Shown here: positions 6,491-14,286 of the stretch, one piece after another | How the letters are laid out: the number at the start of each line of letters is the position of its first letter | How positions within the stretch are numbered: position 1 is the stretch's first letter | NCBI GenBank assembly: GCA_965648935.1 | Contig: CBFGIY010000062.1 | Span: 1 to 14,286 of the forward strand | Direction: 5' to 3' | From: a candidate division WOR-3 bacterium | GTDB taxonomy: Bacteria; Hydrothermota; Tepidihabitantia; Tepidihabitantales; Tepidihabitantaceae | Length of the DNA stretch: 14,286 nt | Made by a program: the position numbers and the translations under genes | The notes under the pieces: model-generated | What the model was told of the DNA's origin: nothing | What the model saw: the letters and a program-made list of their open reading frames with translations, nothing else | Databases searched by the model: none

Positions 6491-7590
6491 GCGCGCCGCT
6501 TCCCGAAACTCACAACCAGCTCGATAACGCGGTCGACCTCGGAATCGGCCAGGCTCGCGCGTATCGGCAGGTTGATTACCTCGCGGCAGGCCTGCTCGGT
6601 GATGGGCAGGGCGCCCGGGGCTCGGCCGCAGGCCGGCTCGAGGTGGCACGGGCAGTCGTAGTAGGTCGCGGTCTCGACGCCGCCTGCCGACAGGTGTGCG
6701 CGTAAGGCGTCGCGTTCGGGGGTGAACAGGGCGTACTGGTGGCGGTTGGAGACGACCTCGGGTGGCAGAACGAGTGTGCGGAAGCGGCCCGCGAACGCCG
6801 CGTCGTAGCGGGCGGCGATGGCGCGGCGACGCTCGTTCTCGGCTTCGAGTTGGCCGAGCCGGGCGCGCAGGAACGCGGCCTGCAAATCACCGAGGCGGGA
6901 GCTGTAGCCGAGCGTCGCGTAGCGGCCGGATGAGTCGATGCCGTGGCGGCGCAGGGCGTCGATGCGCGGGGCCAGTTCAGGCCGGTTGGCGACGACCGCG
7001 CCGGCGTCGCCGAGCGCGGCGAGGTTCTTGGTCGGGTAGAAGCTGAACGCTGCGGCGTCGCCGATCGAGCCGAGCCGCCGGCCGCGCCACTTCGAGCCAA
7101 TGGCCTGGCAGGAATCTTCGACCAGCGCGATGCCGCGGTCGCGGCAGAGCGTGGCGATGTCGTCCAGCCCGGAGCAGTGGCCGTAGAGCTCGACCAGCAG
7201 GACGGCGCGGGTACGCGGCGTGAGCAGGGGTTCGATGGTCCGGGCGGTGATGCAGAGCGTGGCCGGGTCGACGTCGGCGAACACCGGCCGGGCGCCGACG
7301 CGCAGTATCGACTCGGCAGTGGCGAAGAAGGTGAACCCGGTGGTGATGACCTCGTCGCCGGGGCCGATGCCCAGCGCGAGCAGGGCCATCACCAGCGCGT
7401 CGGTGCCGGTGTTGACGCCGAAGACCGGGCCGGAACCGAGAAACCAGGCCAGCTCGCGCTCGAAAGCGGCCGCCTCGGGCCCGAACACGAACCGGCCAGA
7501 GTCGAGCACGCGGCCGAACGCAGCCTCGAGCGCTGCGCGGTCGCGGGCGGTGTCGCCGGCGACGTCGTAGAACCGGATGAGGTCAGGCAC
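6487..7590 (-). CDS. DegT/DnrJ/EryC1/StrS family PLP-dependent sugar aminotransferase
   Basis: NTGTDAL, GIGPGDEVI, FTFFATA, GARPVFADVDP, VEDSCQAIG, FSFYPTKNL (PLP lysine), GDAG, SRLGDLQAA; GTG start. Confidence 0.95.
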   Translation of the reverse strand: MPDLIRFYDVAGDTARDRAALEAAFGRVLDSGRFVFGPEAAAFERELAWFLGSGPVFGVNTGTDALVMALLALGIGPGDEVITTGFTFFATAESILRVGARPVFADVDPATLCITARTIEPLLTPRTRAVLLVELYGHCSGLDDIATLCRDRGIALVEDSCQAIGSKWRGRRLGSIGDAAAFSFYPTKNLAALGDAGAVVANRPELAPRIDALRRHGIDSSGRYATLGYSSRLGDLQAAFLRARLGQLEAENERRRAIAARYDAAFAGRFRTLVLPPEVVSNRHQYALFTPERDALRAHLSAGGVETATYYDCPCHLEPACGRAPGALPITEQACREVINLPIRASLADSEVDRVIELVVSFGKRRA

Positions 7591-7595
7591 GGTTC

Positions 7596-7623
7596 AGGAT
7601 AGGCGCGCGGCGAAGGGAGTCAA
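7596..7623 (-). promoter_or_regulatory. Sigma70-type promoter for the degT-family gene, probably leaderless
   Basis: Minus strand TTGACT (7623-7618), 16-nt spacer, TATCCT (7601-7596), 5 nt, GTG at 7590. Confidence 0.7.
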
Positions 7624-7628
7624 AGGGA

Positions 7629-7670
7629 GAAGTCAGAATGCAGAAGGCAGAATGGCGAATGCAGAACTGC
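7629..7670. repeat. Degenerate heptamer tandem repeat (GAAtGCA) x6
   Basis: GAAGTCA GAATGCA GAAGGCA GAATGGC GAATGCA GAACTGC, preceded in phase by AAAGGGA (7622-7628). Confidence 0.85.
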
Positions 7671-7775
7671 GGGCACGCGAGGTCAGAAGCCGGATGCCAG
7701 TGCCGCCGGGTTCGGACGCGAGCAGCTCAAGACCGAGAGTCGCAGTTCGTCGGCGTGCAGGTTGACCGTCACGCC

Positions 7776-7801
7776 CGGCGGCGGGCCGTGGCCCGCCGCC
7801 G
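7776..7801 (-). terminator. GC-rich hairpin downstream of the large minus-strand gene; possible terminator or 3' stabiliser
   Basis: CGGCGGCGGGC-CGTG-GCCCGCCGCCG, perfect 11-bp stem 40 nt past the stop at 7842; second hairpin CTGCCG...CGGCAG at 7816-7836; no U-tract. Confidence 0.5.
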
Positions 7802-7841
7802 TATGTTACTTCATCCTGCCGCCGGTGCCCCGGCAGTCGTG

Positions 7842-9863
7842 CTACTTGAGGTACAGCATCTTGCGCTCGATTGACTCCTCCGCCGCCCGCAGCTCGTAGA
7901 AGTAGACCCCGGCCGGCACCCGGCGGCCCGCGTTGTCCTGCGCATCCCACGTAATGGTGTAGAAGCCTGGGCGGCGGTCGTCGTTGACCAGCTCCCGCAC
8001 GACCCGGCCGCTCTGGTCGTACACCTGCACGTTCACCCGACCCGCAGTCGGCACCGCGAAGCGTATCGCAGTCCGCTGGTCGAACGGGTTGGGTATGTTC
8101 TGGTGCAGCTCGTACCGGCGCGGGATGACCGCGGTCCCGCCCGGCCGGCGCGGCAGGTCCACTTTGAGCCGGCGGATACCTGAGCGCGGCCCGGCGGCCG
8201 TCGTGCCGCCGTCGGGCAACTGCTCGGTGTAGACGATCTCGGTGCCGTCCTCAGACCAGGTCGGGTCCTGTTTCTCTGACCCGTCGTCAGTCAGGGACGT
8301 GTCCGCGCCGGTCGCGAGCTCGACCGCCTCAATCATGCTGCAGGAGTAGTACTGCGACACCTCGTCGGTCGGCCAGGTCGTGTAGGCGACCCAGCAGCCG
8401 TCGGGCGATATGGCCGGGGCTGACACCAGCCCGGTGTCGACCGTGTCGACCGTCGCTCCGGCCGTATCCTTGGGCAGAAGGTACAGGCCTTCCGGGTCGA
8501 CTGCGGCCAGCTTCTGCCCGTCCGGGGACCAGCTCGGTTCTTCCCACCTCAGGCTCATCCCCGATGAGAGGCAGACCCCGGTCGACTCGCCGCTGCCCAA
8601 AAGGAACAGCCCGATTTCCTCGGTCAGCGTGTCGGCGAGCAGGTAGACGATCGCCCCGGTGCTGTCGGGCGCGACCGCCGGGAAAGCGGCGCCTTCGACC
8701 CCGATGAGCCCGCCGCCACCGCCCTGCGGAGGCGGGGGCGGAGCCGGCGGCTCGGGCGGCTGGACCGTGTCACCGGTCGAGTAGCGCCAGAACACGTCGT
8801 GGGTGTAGTCCTTGCCCATGATGCCGAACACCGAGTAGTCCGAGTAGGCCAGCCCGGCCCCGGCTTTCACCGCCTTAGGCGCGTTCTGCACCCGGGACCA
8901 GGAATCGCCGGCGAGGTCGTACTTGAGGAAGTACCGGGCGCAGTCGCCCAGCGTCGCGTAGATAACATCGTGGGTGTAGTCCCAGGTCAGGTCCGCGCCG
9001 TCGTACGCGCCTGGCAGGGACGCAGGCGTCGAGGCGCGGGTCTGCCACGTGTTGGTCGATATCTGGTAGCGCCAGAAGTCGCGGGTGTGGTTGCCGCGCA
9101 GGACGTAGATGTAATCGCCACCGGTCCAGCACATCGCCCCGCCGTAGCGCACGGTCTGGGGCAGGTCGGCAAGCTGGGTCCACGAGTTGCCCGATATCGA
9201 GTAGCGGTAGAAGTCGTCACGGCTGTAGCCCCGCACCGCGTAGATGTAGTTGCCCCCGGCCCAGGCCAACCCGCCGCCCGAGCCCATGTTGGCGGGCACA
9301 CTCGCCAACCTCGACCAAGTGTTGGAGCTGATGCGGTAGCGGAAGAAGTTCTGGGAGCCGTCGCAGACGTAGATGTAGTCACCGCCGGGGTAGGCGAGGT
9401 CCGAGCCGGTCTGGAAGCCCGACGGTACGGCCGCGCGGCGCTTCCACAGATCGGTACCGACCACGTAGAGCAGGAAGTCTCTCGACGGCATCGTCGCGCC
9501 CCGCAGCAGGTAGAGCGAGTCGTCGGAGACCCGGCGCAGCGCGGCGCCTCGCGCGATGTCGTTGCCGAGGCCGTAGCGCTGGACCCAGGTGTCGGCGACG
9601 ACCCGCACGGTCATTACGACGGTGTCGTTGCCGCGGAACAGGTCGGACCCGAGCGACGAGTAGGCCACAACAGAGTGCGTGCCGGGAGTCGCGGTCCACG
9701 GCTCGCTGAAGAACAGCGACGTGTCGCGGTAAGGGAACAGTCGTACCAGCCCGGTCTGTTCGTAGAGGTTGTTGCCGATCTTAAGCGTCACGTTGAACGT
9801 GTCCGGCCGGCCCCCGTAGTTCATCACGTGGATGCCGGGCTGCACCTGCTGACCGTGGCTCAG
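7842..9863 (-). CDS. C-terminal part of a frameshifted secreted protein: CARDB-like domain, 6 Kelch-like blades, Pro/Gly linker, 4 TolB/PD40-like repeats, FlgD-Ig-like C-terminal domain
   Basis: VQPGIHVMNYG...WTATPGTH...NDT (CARDB-like); repeats such as GGDYIYVLRGN..DFWRYQISTNTW; PPEPPAPPPPPQGGGGG; PSWSPDG, PAISPDG, PTWSEDG; LHQNIPNPF...WDAQDNAGRRVPAGVYFYEL...KMLYLK*. It begins mid-domain with no signal peptide, so GTG 9845 is unlikely to be a true start. Confidence 0.85.
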   Translation of the reverse strand: MSHGQQVQPGIHVMNYGGRPDTFNVTLKIGNNLYEQTGLVRLFPYRDTSLFFSEPWTATPGTHSVVAYSSLGSDLFRGNDTVVMTVRVVADTWVQRYGLGNDIARGAALRRVSDDSLYLLRGATMPSRDFLLYVVGTDLWKRRAAVPSGFQTGSDLAYPGGDYIYVCDGSQNFFRYRISSNTWSRLASVPANMGSGGGLAWAGGNYIYAVRGYSRDDFYRYSISGNSWTQLADLPQTVRYGGAMCWTGGDYIYVLRGNHTRDFWRYQISTNTWQTRASTPASLPGAYDGADLTWDYTHDVIYATLGDCARYFLKYDLAGDSWSRVQNAPKAVKAGAGLAYSDYSVFGIMGKDYTHDVFWRYSTGDTVQPPEPPAPPPPPQGGGGGLIGVEGAAFPAVAPDSTGAIVYLLADTLTEEIGLFLLGSGESTGVCLSSGMSLRWEEPSWSPDGQKLAAVDPEGLYLLPKDTAGATVDTVDTGLVSAPAISPDGCWVAYTTWPTDEVSQYYSCSMIEAVELATGADTSLTDDGSEKQDPTWSEDGTEIVYTEQLPDGGTTAAGPRSGIRRLKVDLPRRPGGTAVIPRRYELHQNIPNPFDQRTAIRFAVPTAGRVNVQVYDQSGRVVRELVNDDRRPGFYTITWDAQDNAGRRVPAGVYFYELRAAEESIERKMLYLK

Positions 9864-11055
9864 TGCCCCGGGGCCTGACTTCGGGGATGCAGACGTCGTG
9901 CAGCTTCGATGGCCCGGCCGAGACGCAGATGTTGTCGAGCACCCAGTACTTGTCGAGCTGGACCGGCCCGGAGTAGACCCAGGCGAGCCGCACTCTCTGC
10001 TGATCGTCGGCCCATGGCAGCTCTGCTTCGTCAGTCAGGTCGTTGCCTACAGTGTACGGCCAAGTCGCGCCGTCGTCGGTCGAGCCAAGCACGTGTTTGA
10101 CGCCGCTGACGAGAGTGGACATGTTCCTATAGGTCAGTCGCGCGCCGGTCCGGCCGCGCAGGTCGACGCGCGGGGAGACCAGGGTGTCCCACGTCATCAT
10201 CGCGCGGCGGTCCCAGGCCAGACAGATGTAGGCCGTCCGGTTGGTCGTCCAAGGTGCAGTCGTACCCAGCCGCTCGTGCCAGCAGCAGACCTCGCGGTGC
10301 GTCAGCCACCCCCAGCTTGATGGTCCGCACCAGTGCTCACTGAACGTGCTGTCGGTTGGCACGTAGTACACCGGCGCGCGGCATCCGTTTATCTGTCCGT
10401 CACCATCGGGGTCGGGACGCAGTATCTCCAGCTTGACGATCCTAGGGTCCCTTCTCGCCGTGCTAAAGAGCAGCTCGGACCACTCTCCCTTGTTCCTTGC
10501 TCCATACAGCAGGTCACCGCTGAGTGAGTCCCAGCCGATGATTACGCCGCCGTGCATGGCGCCATCGTTGTAGTACCAGAAGAACAGGTCCCCCGGATGG
10601 ATCAGGTCACGCTGCCACTGGTACGGCTTCTCTGGGATCGACCCGCTGTAGGTAGAACCTCCCATCTTCAGGTTCGGTATCAGATGGTTGTACACGTAGT
10701 CGTTGGTCATCTTGGGCGAGCCGTCTTTGTACGCGTGCTCGTCGGCACTTCGGCAGGTCAGCTCGCCTTCTTCTGACTTGACCTGCAGCCACTTCTTCCA
10801 GTCAGCCGGCACCAGCGCGTGCCCGCCTGTAGCGGCCATAAGGGCCTTGCCCTGAGCCTGTCCGCAATCTCCGGGCACGAACTTGCCGTTGACCCAGTCC
10901 CCGTGCTGCATGCCCCTGCCATAGACGGCATTGGGGTGCTTGTCGAAGTTGTCGTGCATCCACTGCACGCCGTCTTGACCAGCATAAGGTATCGCCTGCA
11001 ACCGTCCGGCAACCGACAGCACAGCCAGTAGCGCGAGGGTAGTTCTACGCATCAT
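9781..11055 (-). CDS. N-terminal part of the same frameshifted protein: signal peptide, papain-fold NlpC/P60 / Amidase_6-like domain, jelly-roll (cleaved-adhesin/MAM-like) domain, start of CARDB
   Basis: Signal MMRRTTLALLAVLSVAGRLQA; GDC(64)GQAQGKALMAATGG; LIHPGDLFFWYY...H(168)GGVIIGWD; DTLVSPRVDL...STDDGATW...VRLAWVY...WVLDNICV; HDVCIPEVRPRGT followed by out-of-frame tail. Confidence 0.8.
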   Translation of the reverse strand: MMRRTTLALLAVLSVAGRLQAIPYAGQDGVQWMHDNFDKHPNAVYGRGMQHGDWVNGKFVPGDCGQAQGKALMAATGGHALVPADWKKWLQVKSEEGELTCRSADEHAYKDGSPKMTNDYVYNHLIPNLKMGGSTYSGSIPEKPYQWQRDLIHPGDLFFWYYNDGAMHGGVIIGWDSLSGDLLYGARNKGEWSELLFSTARRDPRIVKLEILRPDPDGDGQINGCRAPVYYVPTDSTFSEHWCGPSSWGWLTHREVCCWHERLGTTAPWTTNRTAYICLAWDRRAMMTWDTLVSPRVDLRGRTGARLTYRNMSTLVSGVKHVLGSTDDGATWPYTVGNDLTDEAELPWADDQQRVRLAWVYSGPVQLDKYWVLDNICVSAGPSKLHDVCIPEVRPRGTEPRSAGAARHPRDELRGPAGHVQRDA

Positions 11056-11067
11056 GACTCGCCACCA

Positions 11068-12195
11068 CTACTCGCCTTCCGGGGCGAGTTTCCAGAGTGT
11101 TAGGCGCTGCCCATCCGTTGCTGAGTCTGGTGTCGTGCCGGCGACTACGAATCCCCCGTCGTGAGCGAGGCAGATGCTCTGGGCAGTGCTGTACTTGGGA
11201 GTAACCAGCGGCACCGCCCAGCGGTGGTTGCCCAGCGAGTCGCTCCGGAGCACCGTGCCGCGTTCCCAATCCTCGAACGGCCGGAAGTCCGCCGCAACCA
11301 CGAAGCCCTTGTCTGCGGTCTGCCTCACCGACCTGCCGATGTCTGCTCCGCTCCCGCCCCACTTCGAGCACCACTGTAGTTGGCCCAAACTGTTCACCTT
11401 CATCAAGTAGACCTGAGAGCTACACCGGGGATTGGGCGCGGGGAAGCCGGGCCCGGTCGCTACATACCCGCCGTCCGCCGTGGGTTGTGCTGAAGTCGCC
11501 TGTCCAACCCCCGGATGCTCGACGGACCAGATGGCCTCGCCTGTAGCGTTCAGGCTGACTAGACTCGAGTAGCCAACTATGAAACCGCTATCGGGCGTTT
11601 GTTCAATAGACCTAGTTTCATCCCAGTAGCCTGTACCCGGGTAGGAGCGTCGCCACACAACGCCCCCAGCGGAGTCCAGCCTGAACACCGCCATGCCGGA
11701 GTCGTAGCCCGGGTTTGATGCGAGCAGCGCGTATCCGCCGTCGCGTGTCTCCGTAATGCAGTACCCGTACTCAAGCGTATCGTAGAAGTACACGCGCTGC
11801 CACTGAAGCAGTCCACTCGCGTCCGTCTTGACGACATAGGGTTGCGTCACCTCGTTGCCCGAGCCCGGGAAACAGCGGCTGCCCTCGCCAGCAATTATGT
11901 ACCCTCCGTCTCGCGTCTGACGAACACACTGCGCGCCGTCCCTCCCGAAGGTGCGCTCCCACTCCAGTCCGCCCTGTGAGTCGACCTTGACGAGGTAGAA
12001 CACGCTAGCCTCGCCGTTTGTCGCCGTTGCGCCAGCCGCCACAAAGCCGCCGTCAGCGGTCGGCTCCACCCAATAGCCCTTAGCGTAGTCTAGCGCGCTG
12101 AATGTCCGCACCCACTGAATCGCCGGCGGGTTGTCGGCCTTGCCGCAGGACACCAGCGCCAGGAGCGCTGCCACTGCTACGACCGGTCTTCTCAA
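11068..12195 (-). CDS. Lipoprotein, predicted 7-bladed beta-propeller
   Basis: AAGGAGGT SD (12207-12200) then TTG 12195 gives MRRPVVAVAALLALVSC (lipobox LVSC). Seven repeats of type T.DGG[FY]..AG...[LV]K.D..G...W. The track start ATG 12270 overlaps the -10 box; ATG 12234/12231 are alternatives. Confidence 0.85.
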   Translation of the reverse strand: MRRPVVAVAALLALVSCGKADNPPAIQWVRTFSALDYAKGYWVEPTADGGFVAAGATATNGEASVFYLVKVDSQGGLEWERTFGRDGAQCVRQTRDGGYIIAGEGSRCFPGSGNEVTQPYVVKTDASGLLQWQRVYFYDTLEYGYCITETRDGGYALLASNPGYDSGMAVFRLDSAGGVVWRRSYPGTGYWDETRSIEQTPDSGFIVGYSSLVSLNATGEAIWSVEHPGVGQATSAQPTADGGYVATGPGFPAPNPRCSSQVYLMKVNSLGQLQWCSKWGGSGADIGRSVRQTADKGFVVAADFRPFEDWERGTVLRSDSLGNHRWAVPLVTPKYSTAQSICLAHDGGFVVAGTTPDSATDGQRLTLWKLAPEGE

Positions 12196-12268
12196 GCATA
12201 CCTCCTTCAAGCTCGCGGTCTTGTCCTCCATCATCCCTGCCCCGTCCTTCCTCCCCGCCCCCGCCCGC

Positions 12269-12298
12269 ATTGTAGCGTTCTCGCCCGACGCCGGTCAA
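12269..12298 (-). promoter_or_regulatory. Sigma70-type promoter for the lipoprotein / secreted amidase-like operon
   Basis: Minus strand TTGACC (12298-12293), 18-nt spacer, TACAAT (12274-12269). Confidence 0.7.
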
Positions 12299-12359
12299 CA
12301 TCGGTATGTGGGCAGACCACTATTCGCCAGGTTGCCTGTCCCGATCCCGCCGCGGCGGC

Positions 12360-12387
12360 TTGACCGGGCGGGCGCGGGTCTTAGAAT
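12360..12387 (+). promoter_or_regulatory. Sigma70-type promoter for uvrB, probably leaderless
   Basis: TTGACC (12360-12365), 16-nt spacer, TAGAAT (12382-12387), 5 nt, GTG at 12393. Confidence 0.72.
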
Positions 12388-12392
12388 GGGCC

Positions 12393-14286
<1,894 letters not shown>

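Noticed and set aside
4133..6649. 838-aa minus-strand ORF
   Set aside because: Antisense shadow of three well-supported + strand genes, typical of high-GC codon bias.
8710..8760. C/G-rich low-complexity tract as a DNA repeat element
   Set aside because: Explained by the coding Pro/Gly linker PPEPPAPPPPPQGGGGG.
8799..9878. 359-aa plus-strand ORF and other short ORFs over the Kelch gene
   Set aside because: Antisense shadows with no motifs.
12299..12359. LexA/SOS box or structured element between the divergent promoters
   Set aside because: No CTGT-N8-ACAG or GAAC-N4-GTTC; only an imperfect inverted repeat (ATCGG...GGCAGACC / GGTTGCC...CCGAT) too weak to call.

Overview
GC-rich bacterial chromosomal window with no rRNA, tRNA, CRISPR array or transposase/integrase. 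The gene style (large secreted CARDB/propeller proteins ending in an FlgD-Ig-like, T9SS-CTD-like domain) suggests WOR-3 or another FCB-related lineage, which is inference only. Order: (1) 3' part of a large secreted multidomain protein, probably a glycoside hydrolase, whose C-terminal FlgD-like domain is out of frame and lacks its first strands; (2) a ~480-bp intergenic region holding a cryptic 12-bp-period array with an in-phase perfect dyad and hairpins; (3) a + strand operon arcC - GATase-like exported protein - DUF89/ARMT1 phosphatase - hypC; (4) a convergent DegT-family aminotransferase with heptamer repeats upstream; (5) a lower-GC minus-strand pair: a 7-bladed propeller lipoprotein and a frameshifted ~1070-aa secreted protein (NlpC/P60/Amidase_6-like + jelly-roll + CARDB + Kelch + PD40 + FlgD-like); (6) uvrB, running off the right end and absent from the ORF track. 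arcC, degT and uvrB have sigma70-like promoters abutting the start codon (leaderless). The most unusual signal is the 12-bp periodic array at 2651-2914.
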